Source: Psammoneis japonica (taxonomy: Eukaryota). From it: 64,000 bases of DNA. The position numbers were made by a program, and so were the translations under genes. The stretch covers positions 1 to 64,000 of the forward strand of contig QPGO01000071.1 in the NCBI GenBank assembly GCA_008632985.1, read 5' to 3'. Positions within the stretch are counted from its first letter, which is position 1; the number at the start of each line of letters is the position of its first letter. Below, in pieces: positions 10,597-24,449 of the stretch. The notes beneath the pieces were generated by a model. That model ran no database searches, was not told the origin of the DNA, and was given only the letters and a program-made list of their open reading frames with translations.

Positions 10597-13063
10597 GGTG
10601 CGTATCTTTGCACTTTGGCACCTTTTTGCGGCTTGTAGTCTTGCGCTGAACGAAGATTTCGGAGTTTTGAAATTCCGAACTCCCTCCAACGTCGTTTGAG
10701 TGCTAAAGAATTTTAGCACCATTGGAAGAAGAGGCATGTAGAAGATGGGCCACAGCATGATTGAATCCATGGAATCATCATCATGCAAATCTGGAAATCT
10801 GAAATCCTTGTGGAAGAATTCGAGAAAACTAAACCTCCCAATGTGAACTTTGGTGACCCAGCAGGAAGAAGTTTGAGCCCCACTTCTTGCTTCTTGCTTC
10901 TGTCGTGAATCTTGTTTTCCAGATCTTTGCTCTTGTTCTTTGTTTGGAGCAAACAAAACAAGAGATCTCATGTCGCTGCAAAGGCACAGCAATGAAGCCT
11001 GCCAGCCCCGGCACTCTGCTCCCCTTGGTCTTGTTGGGACTTCAGTGCTGACCATTGTTGGAAATGTGTGCCAACACAATGGACACATGGCTGGTTCTTG
11101 GGTGAGACAAAGCCAAGATGCGCAAAACATGCTGTGGATGGAGCGCGCATGTGCACAACAAAAGAGTTTCTCACTTCATTGGAGTGGCCAACACCCAGCT
11201 GCTGGCACATGCTGTGTTCTTTGTGGGTGCAACAGACAGGAGTCTCTCTGAGGACAGCAGTCTGAACTTGGTCAGCACTGGCTTTGTTGCTCCTGCTGCT
11301 CTGTTTGAAAGAGAGGTGGAAAAGGTGTGAGCCCAACTTCTGTTTTGGAAAGATTTTTTCAATCTTGAAGGAGTGGATGGGTCAAAGATGAGCAGCAACA
11401 AAGACAAAGAGAGCAACAAGCTGAGATCAGGAGAGCCAAGTTGGTTGATGCTCTGCTCAAGCTGACAAACGTGAAGTGACCACCAAAAAGATTTTGGCCA
11501 GCATGTGGGTCATGTGTGTGCAGAGCTCTCTCCTTGTGAAAGTTGGCAATGCACTAAAAAGAAACAACTTTTTCTGAGCCTGAGTGTCCCAAGACTTGCA
11601 ACAACAGAGAAAACATGATTTGGAGCAAGGAGTGTGATCTCTTCACATGAAGGACATGCAAAAAGAAAGCACTCTGAGTGCAAGACCAAGACTGGTGGGC
11701 TGGTGTGACAAAGCTGTGTGGAAAACAGGATTGAAAGTTTGGAAAACTGAGAAGAGAAATGGAGAGCAAATCCAACATCATCAAGCAAGCTTCTTTTGGC
11801 AACCATCAAGGAACTTGGAAATGATGGTGTGCATGAAAGGAAGTGTGAACCCACCACTCCAAGCTTCCAAGGCACAGAGGGCATTGCAGCATTGGGCAAT
11901 CAAGGCAACAATGAAGACCTGCTGTCCCACTGTACAAGCAATTGTTGGCAGAGTTTGTAGAAAGGTCCGATGGTGGGATTTTGCTTCTGGGGCCAGCAGA
12001 GAAGTGCTGTGCCTTTGAACCTGACAAGGTGATCAAGATTGAAAAAGCCAAGTTTTTAGCTGGCATCTTCTTGGGTGGCACTTGTCAGAAGAAAAAATGG
12101 CTGCAGACTGAATGGTCTGCTGTGAACTGATCCAAACCTCCTCATGACATGCCAACCCCAAGTGCCACACATGTGCAAGCTAGACTGCCAAGCAAACAAG
12201 AAAACAAGAAACATCCGGAAGAGACGAGAGGATCAAGTTCCATGCCGCACCCCCCCACCCATGTCAGATCAACAGGATCAAGTTCCCACCTGACCAATGA
12301 CTTCCACCCACTCCTGACAGACAACAACCCATTTGTCCCCAGACACAATGCAATGAACCACCCTGCAAGAAAGCCCAGACAGCACAGAGAAACAAGTGTT
12401 TGAGCAACAAGAGAGATGATTCACGACATGCTCAGTGAGCACACCAACCCAACCAATGGGAGTCATTGAGCCACAGGATCATGACTCTCAAGACTCAACA
12501 GTGACAATCCCAAGCACTTCAAAAGATGGGCTCATCCTCCATTGCACCACAACAGACAACTCAAAGGCACCCAAATCCAAACAGTCTCCCTCCTGGGATG
12601 ACCCAGCAGTGGAGCCTGCCGAAACACCTTTGGGCTCAGTGGATCCCAAGGTCCTTGAATCCAGACAGTGCTCTCCTTGGAGAAGCACCCAGTGGAACCT
12701 GCAGAACAGGAGCCACCTTCTCAGGCTGTTTTGGCAGTTTTTTCTCAGGCATTGAAACCCAAAAAGTCTTCCTCTGAGGTCAACCCAGAACCCAGCAGAG
12801 CCTCATGTGCAGTGGCATCCTGGAACCAACTCTGGCTCCTCAGCCAAGTTGCTCAACCCCACCCACCCACCCACCCAATGAAGCCCTGCTCCAGCTGATC
12901 AGTCACATCACCTCACAACCTCCTCAACCACCATCAAAACTGATCTTCTCCTTTGAGCCTGCAAAAGAAGCAGCTGAACAAAACTGGATGATTCTCTCTC
13001 AATGTTTCAACCTTGATGATGAGAGAGCACTTCAAGCACAACAAACATCCATCCCAGGCTGTG
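10441..13063. repeat. Left arm of a ~2.6-kb diverged inverted duplication
   Basis: Reverse complement of 26229-28801. The ends match (cttcttgtgtcgaggcc / ggcctcgacacaagaag; atcccaggctgtg / cacagcctgggat), and the ORF 'MSTPTQPMGVI.PQDHDSQDST' appears at 12435(+) and 26846(-). Confidence 0.9.
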
Positions 13064-14095
13064 CATTTGGATCCGGCACTTGTCCATCCAGGATGCATCA
13101 ACAAGAAGCTCAACCTTGGTTGTGCATGACAGCGTCTGACATCACTGCAATGCTTGAGCATCATTTTCAGACAGCTCCAGATGAGACACAGAGGAGTTGG
13201 GTTGAGACTGCTGTGTGTGGCCCCAACAAGGGAAGTGGCCTCAACATGACTCTGGCAGAGGTGGAGCAGCTCACCGGCAAGCACAATGATGCAGAAGAAA
13301 TGACAGGAGTGTTGGAGGAGAAGAGAGAATCCAGCTGATGGCTGCTCTCTAGAGAGCAGGCCCCAGTTTTGATGAAGAGCAGCAGTGACTTGCTCCAGAC
13401 AGCAGGTGCCACCGGTGTTTAGAATGATGCAGTCTGGTGCCAACATGGACCAAGCGGTTTTGCGTGTGCTGGCAGGGCCCTCTGCAGCAGCCAGAGAGAG
13501 AGAGAGAGAGGTGCTGTGGACAATGGCGCAAACAACGGGTTGGGTTTTGTGTGCAATCTTTCATCCTTCTTGCATGACTCAAATGAAGCGTGGCACCACA
13601 ACCATTTTTAAGAAGAGGTTTTGGCCAACTTGGGTGGTTTCTGTCAACAGTGTCATGCAACAGGGCTTTGGCATCCAACTCAAGTGGTGTGCTGTTCTGT
13701 GTTTGCAAAGGGGCAGGGAGATGCTGCACAGCTTGGGGCACAGCGAGGAGGACAAAGAACACCAGTGCTGGCTGGAACAAAAAAGAGCATGACCAAGGTG
13801 GGCTGTGTCATGCAAAAGATTTGCAATTGGTGCTTGTCAGTTTTGACCCCACCAGCGCTTTCGGTTTGCCATTGCAAACACGAGAACGAATGCGGCAAGT
13901 TCACGCGATGGCTTGTGTTCTTGCCCGCGCTTGATGGCAGAGCTCTCATTTTTTGATTTTTGGGATTGGGGGGTTCACTTTTTTGTGTGTTGCGTGTTTC
14001 ATGTGTGACTGGCTGTTGCATTGTTGTGTGAAAAAAAGAAACATCGACAGCAGAACACTTGCAATGAAAAGACTGGTTGGCCAAAGAAACGAAAC

Positions 14096-17000
14096 AATGC
14101 ACTCAAAGCCCTTGCACAGCAGAACCAATGATGACGATGATCGGAAACCTCCGGTGATCCCCACCAGATGCCCAGATGGCAGGGACTCGGAGAGAGACAA
14201 ACATGATGTTCGTGCAAAACAACCTGAATCTTCAGCCCAGCCAGCAAATGACAATCCCCCCGATGAATTTCAGGGCCAGCTTGGTGTTTTGGGAGAAAAG
14301 AGGCGTCTCAAAGGCCACAGAACGCATGACAAGAATGTGGTGCCTGGTGCTGTGGCCGTTGGTCCCACAGAGAACAAACCAGCTTGTTCGCACATGAAAT
14401 CTGTTGTGGACGAAGGCTGTCCTTCTTTGACGGCACCAAAACACCATGACATTGATCGCGAGAAGCAAAACATGCACCAAGGCATGCAATCCTTGTCCCA
14501 AGATGCTCTGCTCGAGGACAAGACCAGAGAAGTCTACAGGCATCGCCCGAGCATGGAAGAGGAGAAAACGGAGGAGGAGGAACCACACCAGGAAGGAACC
14601 CCATCCCATGACATGATTGACATGGCTCGGGCAATGAACGCACCAGCTGATGGGGAGGCCATCAAATCGAAAACAAACATGGCTCCATTGGTCGAGTTTG
14701 TGTCTGGACCCCATTTTACGACAAGGTCTGAAACCAAGGAGAGCATTCCGAAACATCTCTCTGCCGCCATTGGCGATGAATGATTGGCTGTGGCAGCAGA
14801 GGTCGTTCCTGGAGAAGAGGATCTTGAAGCCCAGGTGCAAGCTCGAGTCCACAAAGAAAGAGATGAAATTGCATCTCAAGTCCAGAAACAGATCATGGAG
14901 CAAGCCAAGCCAGCCGAGCTTGTGGTGATCAAAAATTCTGACGATGATGCGACCTTGTGCTGCAACAGGCAGAGGAAATGGATGGCCCTGATGGGACTTC
15001 TCGCAATGATCGCGACTGTTGTCAGTCTTGTTGTCACCCTTCTTCCGTCTGATTCCAACACTGATCCAGATCCCGATCCAGATCCAGACCCGATCAAAAG
15101 CAGTTGTGCGTTGTGTGAAGATGGGTTTTCTCCAGTGGACCCACATGATCTTGCTCTAGGAGAAGATGGTGTCACCCGCGCGGACTTCAATGAGACACTG
15201 GGGCAACTCAATGTTGCTGGTGAAGCTTGTTTGCAGGGACAAGCTCAGGCTTGGCGACACTGTGGTTGCCCCACCCTGCCCAATCTCCTGAGTGTGAACG
15301 TAACTTGTGCAACATGCATGAATGTGCCCATCCCCTTGGAGATGCCCCAGCTTCGTGTTGACAACAAATCATGTTCTGAGTGGAATGCACACATGGCGCA
15401 TGTTCTGTCAGATTCACCGGAGTGCAATTCGTTGAGGGCTGACTTGTGGGACGCCGTTGACCAATGCACGTGCATTGAGGATCCAACGTTTCTCCAGCAC
15501 ATTTCTCACAAACTCTTTCCTTTGTCTGGAGAAGCACTGTTGGAGGACGGAATGCCACAGAACATTGTGCTGAATTGGCTTGCGCCAAAGATCCAGCCAG
15601 CCTCTCTGTCAAAACCACCGTAAAGAAAATTCAAGAATGTTGTGCTCTTGCTGCACTGTGCTGTGCAACAGAAGGCATGACGCGGGATGATGACTGCACA
15701 TTTCTTTCGAGCAAAAATGCATGTGAGTGGAGCGATGGCAGCAACGGCGTTTTTGCGCTGGCAACGCCATTGAAAAAATCAGTTTGCGCAAGTCTTTGAA
15801 ATGCAATGTCCGGCGTTGCGAAGCTTGGTGTTTCTGACAAAAATTGCTGACAAATGATGAAACTTTCCACAGCTCACAATGGCTTGCACGGGATTCTCCC
15901 GCTTGAAATGAGCATTTCATCACAGCTGAAGTTCATTGAGGCAAACAGCAACAATCTCATCGGCACTCTCCCTCAAGAATTTGGTGGCCTTACAAAGCTT
16001 GAGAGGTTTGATGCCGATTTCAACTCAATGACTGGGTCAATGCCGGCATCGCCACTTGGAATCCAGAGTCTCCAAGAGTCATGGCTTGACGGAAATCAGT
16101 TTTCGGGATCAATGCCATCCGCTTTTGGAAAATCTCTGTCCTCCTTTGCATGCAAGGGTTGCCTGCTGAATGGCAAGCTGCCAGAATCTGTCGGTGACTT
16201 GAGTCTGTTCTGTCTTGACCTGTCATCTAACGGCTTCATTGGCAGCATTCCTTCCTTTTCCGGGAGTTCCAAATTGCAGCATTTGCATCTCAGTGATGAC
16301 GAGTTCACCGGAGAACTGCCTCCTTCTCTTGGCAGCCTCACACGGCTGGAGCAACTCCATCTCATGAACAACAAGCTGACAGGAACAATCCCCAGAGCAA
16401 TTGCCGCCTTGCCATCCTCAGTTGCCATTGACATTCAAGGGAATCATCTTTCTGGCCCCATGCCTCCTTTCACTGGCGACCAGGCATCAGAGGTCTGGGT
16501 GCATGGAAACAATCTTGCTGGCCCTCTTGACGAGTTTTTTGGCTCGTCCTCCTTGGAGACAATTGTGCGGGTTCGTTTCGAGAACAACCAGCTGTCGGGG
16601 ATCCTTCCTGAAACAATTGGAAATTTCGTCCATGTGGAAGAATTGGACATTTCGTCAAATGAAGTCATTGACAAGATCCCTTCCTCTGTTGGTGATCTTG
16701 CAAACTCATTGGATTGGATCTTTTCGACAATGAGCTTTCCGGCCCTCTGCCATCGGAAATCAGAAATCTGCTGGAGCTGGATTGGCTTGACCTCAATGGC
16801 AACTCCTTGAGTGGTGCGATTCCTCCATTGGTTGGGACCCTGCCTTCGTTGAGGTCAGTTCATTTGAATGGAGATGATTTGACAGGGGAGATTCCTCCTT
16901 TTGTTTTGGAAAAGCCAGAGCATCTGTGGCTTGCAGAAAATCAACTGGGCGGCAAACTCGAGAGCTTCTTCACCTCGACGAACCCAGCTTCATTGAGGTT

Positions 17001-17625
17001 TGTTAATTTCGTAGCGAACAAGTTGTCAGGAAGTCTTCCTGAGGCTGTCGGCAGTTTCTTGCAGCTCAAAGAGATGAAGCTGAATGAAAATTCGTTTGCT
17101 GGTGCCATCCCATCAATGTTGGGGAACCTTGAGAATGTTGGATTAGTTTGGCTCAATGATGCTGGGTTCACAGGTTCGATTCCAACGGCGCTTGGGCACC
17201 TTGGAAAGCTCAGCAGCCTTGATTTGGGACAAAACAACTTAAGTGGGACAGTGCCGACCAAGCTTGGAGGCTGCACTGGTCTCTCCTCACTGGGCATTCA
17301 GCTTTGTGGTCTCAGTGGATCATTTCCCTCTGTTGTGGCGAATCTCAAGAATCTCGGTGGGCAACCGTTTTGGAATGTGGCCAACTGATGCTGGAATTCT
17401 AGTGTTTGTGTTCCTGCAATGTCTCACACCATTGCACTTGTGTCATTTCGTGCAGAGGAGCTCTACATTCATGGCAATGCTTTTGCCAACACCTTCAGTG
17501 AAACATTTTGCATGCGAGAGAACTTGATTGATGTCCTCTCCTCAAACTGTCTCAATGATTCTGTGGATTGCTCATGCTGCTCTCACTGTTGCAATGCTTT
17601 TGGAAACAATTGCGTGGAACAGTGA
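14096..17625 (+). pseudogene. Leucine-rich-repeat receptor-like membrane protein pseudogene (diatom-expanded family)
   Basis: N-terminal 'PGAVAV' and 'LAVAAEVV', TM 'WMALMGLLAMIATVVSLVVTLL', Cys-rich modules, then plant-type LRRs 'L.L.NNKLTGTIP', an intron remnant at ~17357-17454 and a terminal 'CSCCSHCC'. Multiple frameshifts; the family motif RYALA.LYY reads 'CCALAALCC'. Confidence 0.85.
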
Positions 17626-18350
17626 TTCAGCACCACGAGTTGCTTTCGATTGTGTCACCTTTGGTGTCTTCCATTTCTTGTTTGTTGTTCATGGATGCGC
17701 AACCTGCATCAATCACATTTGACCTTGCATTCTTGAGACAATGACACATGCTTCCCGGCAAGGCGTTGCATTGTGAAGCAATGGCATTGCTTGCACAAAC
17801 TCTTTTTACCATTCAATGTAGACCCACAATTGTGGTGCCAATCGTCCGACGATTGCCCTCCGTCGCTCATTCCCTTCTCTTGCTTGTGACTGGTGCACTC
17901 CCTGTGCGCAGCACAATGCGTGTTGATGGAAAGCTCCTGACGAGCTGAACGAAGTCAAATGCATGTTGTGATGTCGGAGTGAGCAGTGGAAAGTGAATGT
18001 TGTGACATGGGGACATCCCAATGAATTCAGCCAGTGGCTAAAAACCTCCTGTAGAATTCTGCGCATTTCTCCTGACATGAGACACATTTGATGACAATGC
18101 CTTTTAACGCCACCCCATTGTTTTCTTTCATGTGCATGATGTCATTTGAAGTTTTTTGTTTTTGTGTTTATTTTTTAATGCTGAAAAGCTGAATGTTTCA
18201 TGTGAACGAACGTTGCAGTCAGCAGTGAACCATCACAGATGTGACACTCATGGGTTCAGCAAAATGGACAGTTGATCAGGCTCACTGCAAAGACACACAA
18301 ACCAAACGAAATAAAACATGCAATGACGGCCAGTGACAGTTGCACAAAAG

Positions 18351-18810
18351 CCAATCCAGGTGCATTTGTCGAGTTCCCAGTCCAGATGTTGTGAGCAAAT
18401 GACGCAAAAGCGGTCCCAGCACGCCCAACAACAAGGATGAGCGCGAGATTGATCACGCTCAACTCTGAGGATGCATGACCAAACAAATTGGGCACACAAT
18501 GGTGACCCAACATTGTTGCAGTGAAAGCCAATCTAGGTGTTTTTGTTGATTTCCAAGTCCAGCCATTGCACACAAACAACGCGAGGGCAGTTTCAGCACG
18601 CCCAATGCCCAACAACGAGGATGAGCATGAGATTGACAATGCTCAACTGTGAAGACACATTTCCAAATGAATCAGACACACAGCATCAGCGACAATTGTT
18701 GCACGTGAACCAGTCCAGGTGTTTTTGTTGAGTTCAAAGTCCAGCTGTCATGCACAATCAATGAGAAGGCAGCTCCGGATGCGCCCCAGATTGATGTCAG
18801 CAGCGCTGGT
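18351..18810. repeat. Decayed tandem repeat, ~180-bp period, ~2.5 copies
   Basis: 'aggtg..tttgt.ga.tt...agtccag' recurs near 18355, 18533 and 18714. Confidence 0.7.
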
Positions 18811-19074
18811 CATCCAGGTCGACCCCACAACCCAAAGCTCAATCCACATCACTCATGGGGCCTCAACGATGCAAACAACAGAGTGTCAATGCCCTGCTGT
18901 TGAACATGAGACAAAATGAACAACTGTGAGTGAGACAAGGGCAGGCAACAACACCCCCAAAAACATCAAAACACAACACTGTGCCACAAGAAGCACAACT
19001 GCAACTCAACACACTTAAATTTCTCACCACAATGCCACAAGGCATGCATGTTGTAATTCACATGACAGGGATTT

Positions 19075-22000
19075 TTGGACTTGCGAGGAGCAAGGCACAG
19101 GGTGCCATCTGGATTGCGGGTGAAGTCACAACCAAGATGGAACTCCAATGGTCCAGTGCCCTTCTTGAGCTTGAACTTGCATTTCTCCATGAGAGTGTCT
19201 GCAAAAGCCTGGGGGTCCTTCATGGCAAAGGCCAGGTCATCCACATGCACTGCCATGCATTTGCAGTGGTCACCATTCCCACGCAGCCAGATGTCAGGTT
19301 TGGCTTTGCACGGGAAGAAACCTTCGGCATGCAAGCAATCGGCAAAGCGTTCATGCCATCTGAGGCCGGAGCTGTGGAGTCCGTGCAAGGCCTTGTGGAT
19401 GACAAAGATGTGTCCTTCCAGCTTGCCAAATTTGGGGCCTGCTGCAATGTGCAGTTTCTCCTTGGTCGCATCTTCAAGATGGGCATTCCCAATGTCGGTG
19501 GCCCAAGTCTCCACCAGTTCATTGAGTTTGGCCAGGAAGATCATCATTTGCAGGCTGCGGAGAGACGCTGCTCTGGAACAGACACTGTTGACAGGTGTGC
19601 GTCTGTGAGGTGTCCATTGGCAACAAGCCTTGCTTTGTGCCGTCTGTCATGTTTGACATCACAGACGAGATGCACCCAAATCTTCTTGTGTCCTGATGGA
19701 GCGCTGGAATCCTTGCAATGTCCACAGTCATGGAAGACCTTGCACTCATCAAGCTGAGTCATCTTCAGGTCCGTTGCATCTCCCCACTTGCAGTTGCCAT
19801 TGTGCTCATTGAGGGCCAATGCATGCCTGCAGTCCCGGGGCACTTCACACCTGCACTTGTGTTGTGGCGCAGCATGAAAGGAGTGCAACTTGGCTTGATT
19901 GGCCATGCAGAATGGTTTCTTCTGATGCAGAGCCATCTTGTGGAAATGTTTCCATCCTTTGGTTTCAAGGAGGCCATGCTCACATGCGCAGATGGCACAG
20001 GTGATGGGATTGTCCTTGGCAATGATGGCAAGGGGTTCCACCAACATCATCTCCCCATTCCCCCATTCAAGCATGACGTTGCAGCTTGAGCCTTTCCAAG
20101 AGGGGTGGATCATGAGGTTGCAATGGTCTTTCTTGTGGTGCAATGCATTGGAACTTCCAGAGGGTGGTGTCTTTGTCTTCTTGCTCAATGTGGTGCATGA
20201 TGTCGTTCCAGGCAAGGACTTCCTTGCACTCATTGTTGTTGATGGAGCAAATGAACTTGACCAGTTCAGGGTTGTCTCCAATTTTCCAATCATGGTCTTC
20301 AACGGCTTTGATGATGTGGACTCTGTGGCATTGTCTGTCCTCTTGTGGCTTCATGAGGAAGGTGCGTCTGATGACCTCCTTGGGGTCAAAGACCGGCATT
20401 TTGGGCATCCTGATCCCCTCCCCATCTGGTGAATCCGGTGAATCCTTGGAGTCATGTTGGGATTTAATGACGGGTTCAGCAGATTCCTCATCAGGAGGGT
20501 CAAGACGCAGGTTTGGGGTGGACGGATCACGGGCAGAACATGTGTTGCAGTGGTGGAGAATCTTCTGAGTGTCAGAGAGGATCTTGAATGTCATCTGATG
20601 ACCAACGTGTTTGGCGGTGCCAATGAAGTGACCGCACAACTCACGGGATTTGGACGGCCAGTCAGAATCGTTGAGGTGGCAGTGCACGGGTTCCCACCAT
20701 TGAAAGTGCAGGGGCAGGCTGATGTCGGGGGCAGAGCTGGATGGCACCTCGGTGGGAGTGCACCAGCAAAGCTTGGCAGATGCCGCATGGTTGAGCACAA
20801 AGCACACACACATCAGGGCCCTTGGCCAGGAGCAGGCCGGGGATTCAAAGCAATCCATGATGGTGTTGGCCATGGTCTTCACAGTTTGGTGGTGGCATTC
20901 AGCAAAATTCTGGTGCTGTTGGTGGGGCTCGCTTTGCCAACTGGAGATGAAGAGGGCATGAAGGATGCTGAGAACCTTGTTGCTGATCTCAACCTGAGCA
21001 CGGTCCTGATGAGCTTGGATGGGGCACCATGATTGTGGATGTTGTCTTCAAGCATGTTGACAAATTCCTTGTCAGGTTTGGTTCTGTGCATGTCCATGAC
21101 AAGAGATTCCATGCCGACAAAGATCTGGGAACCGGTGCAGCCGGAGTCAATGGCGGGGGTGTCAGAGCACACCGTGTCAGTGGCAACGGGTTCATCATGG
21201 CGGTGGACATTGAGAGCCGGGTCACCCATGTTGGCAGGCATGTGGGTGCACTGTGTTGTGCAATCAAAAGCATGGCAAACAGTGTCCTTCAGGAGAAAGC
21301 CAAAATGAGGGCGCAGCAACTCAAAGTTGGGGTCCTTGGGATTGATCTTGCACTTGTGGCATTCGCAGAAGAAATCAGACGTCGGGAGCAGGTGGTCATC
21401 AAGGACAGAGTCCACAAGCATGGCATTGTTGATGACATGGCGGTGACGACAGTTGCCGAAACTCATCAAAGAGGTTGGCAGTTGGGTCGTCTTGGAGGTC
21501 AGACATGGCATCACACCACGTCTCATTGTTGGTGAGCTGATGGTTGAGGACAGATGGGTCCCAAGTGTCATTGCCAGTGAGGACGACATGTGGCAGGGTG
21601 TCCCATTTGGCATCGGTGTGTGGACACATGGCAATGTGCGGAAGGCCACCTTTGATGTTGATGGGAATGATGCATCCATCAATGGTGGTGATGGGCTGCA
21701 GACCGTTGGGGACCTTGATGGACCAATTGTTGATGTCGTGCTTGTGCCATTGGAGTTGACCACAAGAGTGTGTGGTCTTGCCCTTTCCAGTGTGGGCACA
21801 CTGGTGAAGAATGGCAATGACAGGTCCGTGTTGTGTGCAGATGACACCACCGGCAGTGACAACGGGAACATCGATGAGCTGATGATTGTCGATGCCTTGC
21901 ACGTCAACCTGGTGATCAGTGCAGGCAATGACATGAGAACATCATCACCGGTGATGCCACCGTTTGAGCCATGATCCACGAGAGCACCCTTGTGAGTCAA

Positions 22001-24422
22001 GGTGTGGGTTGATGCAGAGCAGACGACATTGTGATTGATGACATGACAGTGAGTGTGACCGTTGAGCTCAATGTCAGCATCGGCAGTGCAGGAAGGTGCA
22101 GATCCAGGGGGGTTCTTGCCAGAGCGGGCAGAAGGAGGCCGTTCAGGTGCCAAGAGATGTCACAAGTCACCGGGTGGCAAAGGCTTGCACCTGGTGAGGT
22201 GAGCCAGGATGGGGTTGACATTGGCTGTGATGGCTGCAGCAACAGATGGTGCGGCGGCCGACGCAAGATCATGAGCATTGGCTGGCAAGTTGACATTGCC
22301 ATCACTTCCAAGATGGAGAAGGTCACGCAGGTTGACTGCCATTGAGTCATGGCAGTTGCCGGCGTGGGCGGTGCACACGCCAAGGATGATGGCCTTGGTG
22401 GACTGAGGCAAGGTGCCCAGATGCGCTGGTGATCCGGCAGAATGCAACGCCATTGTTCCCTGGTGAGGGAGGTGCCATGAGTCTGTGCAGCGCAGGCTTG
22501 AATGACGTCAATGGGATGAACGGCGTTCTCAAGCATGACGCGTTTCTGGTCAGCAGAGAAGTGGGGTCTGCACTTGGAATGAGAGCTTTGCACTTGCATG
22601 GCTGGTCCTGCCAGCGAAGTGTGAAAGCATGGGTGGAGCCTTTCCAGGTGCCATCACCAAGGCGAGCAGTGGTGAGGTGCGTGAGAAGGGTTGAGGACTC
22701 CAGGGATGTGCGGGCAGAAGCAAGAGCGCACTTGGACAGGTCACGATGCACCGCTTGAGCATCAGAGGAGCCGACATGTTCACGAACAAGTGCCTTGCCT
22801 TTGTCATTCTGCAAGATGTGTTCAAACATGGTGAACATGCACTTCTGTTGTTCATCAAACAGGGCCTTGTCCTCAAGCTGCAGAGGGACTGCACGTCGGA
22901 TCGAGGGTGCAGTCGACGTCCTGGGAGCGGGCCTGTGTGATGACAGAGGTGTGCCACATGTGCCACTGTTTGTTGGACTTGAGAGTCACAAAGGCAAGTG
23001 GGTCAGGTTTGACACCTTGTTTAAAGCCATGCATGGGGTCACATGGTTTTGGTGGCAACAAGCCAGGAGCAGGAGCAGGGGCGCTGTGCCCATGGAGAGG
23101 GACGTCACATGCTCGGGACTGAGACAACAGTCAGTGAACTCCTCATGTGTGAACAAGTGGGGGTCATTGCTGACATTGGCACCACCGTGCACTTTTGCCG
23201 TGTACAGACTAATCAGTGCAGCCATCTGTGCTTTGCAGCCACATGGCAAGGGCATTTGATTGGTGCCGTCATTGCAATCTGGGGCATCCAGTTGCGTCGA
23301 GCAAAGGTGAAGAGATCCTGGCACGAGTCAGTGCCGTCAATGTTGAGGGTGGAGTGCAACGGAATGTCTGCGGCTTGATTCGGAACAGTGCCTAGAATGT
23401 GCTTGAGGCCATTGATTTGTTGCTGCCTGGTGAGGACCGTGTTGCAACTGGGTGGGTGTCGGGACACCAGCTGGAGTTGGAGGGTGAGCTTGAACCAACT
23501 TGAAACTTGACTTGAATCTTGGCTTGAAGTCTTGAACTATCTCATGAGTCAGAAGCCACCAGCCAATGACATCTTGCTCATAGTTGAGTGCCAAGCTTCC
23601 CATCCGGTCCGCAGAGTTGTGCCGGCACGTTCGAACCCACAGCTGGCAACACTTTGGGATGTCTGAGAGCGGAGTGACGGGTTAAAAACCCCTGCTGACA
23701 AGCTGACCAGAGGTGGACAAGACCTCCAAACCATTCTCATTTTATGTCGGTTGGATGACCCGATCAGGCCGGCCAAGTTTGGCACTGTGGAGGGACGAAC
23801 AAATGCAGGAAATGCACCCTTGCCCCAATGCAGGCTGCAATCACGAGCTGCTTCCTCTCACAGTTGTCCTGGTGGGCCTCGCAGCACTGTAGAAGACCAG
23901 CAATCCGGTGCAGATGTGAGGCAGCAGACTTGGCATGCGTGCAGCAAAGCCAGAGTCAGACGATTGTGTCGTGTTCGCGTGAACGCGTGCGGATGGATTG
24001 GTCTGTCTGCCAACCAGGGTGGAGTCCGCTGCAGGGAATCCGGAATCTCGCATGTCTGAGAGTTCGGGAATTCCTGACCAAACAAATGTCTGTTGAACAA
24101 ACACATCCAACGACGGAAGGCATGCTGACAGAAATTGAAGATGACTGGGTGGAAGAAAACAACAACTTTCCTTGCTGCTGTCCAAATGGCAGATTGGCCG
24201 GAAGCCGGAAGACTGGTGTCGTTGACATCGGCGCCACTGTTGTCATTCTTGCGAGCCATGTGGCTTGAAAGCAAACTGCATCACACGATGCATGCGGAGC
24301 TGAGAGCACACACAATCATGTGTGACAAACTAAAATCTTGTTCAAATCCTGTCTTTGAGGTTTCCAAGTGTGCGACCTTGGCTTGACTCCCTCGCACAGT
24401 GTCAGTGGAACCTGCGCCAACA
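19075..24422 (-). mobile_element. Decayed Ty1/copia (CoDi-type) LTR retrotransposon, truncated inside RT
   Basis: Gag-like 'FKQGVKPDP..F.TLK..KQW', protease-like 'ALVDHGSNGG', integrase-like 'EPVATDTVCSDTPAIDSG', RT 'LVCDVKHDRRHKARLVANGH', 'DIGNAHL', 'KALHGL', 'HVDDL'. No RNase H or 3' LTR found. The 5' boundary (TGTTGG at 24422) is tentative. Confidence 0.9.
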
Positions 24423-24449
24423 TTTTGCAATCTGGGTTTCCCATCTGTG

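Noticed and set aside
9583..11130. The 515-aa ORF as the full MYND protein
   Set aside because: The first ~178 codons run through stop-depleted eroded DNA; the plausible start is ATG 10596.
12400..13063. DIRS/Ngaro-like retroelement fragment inside the inverted arms ('...AQQTSIPGCGSEF')
   Set aside because: Only a remembered motif resemblance, with no RT or tyrosine recombinase visible. Too weak to call.
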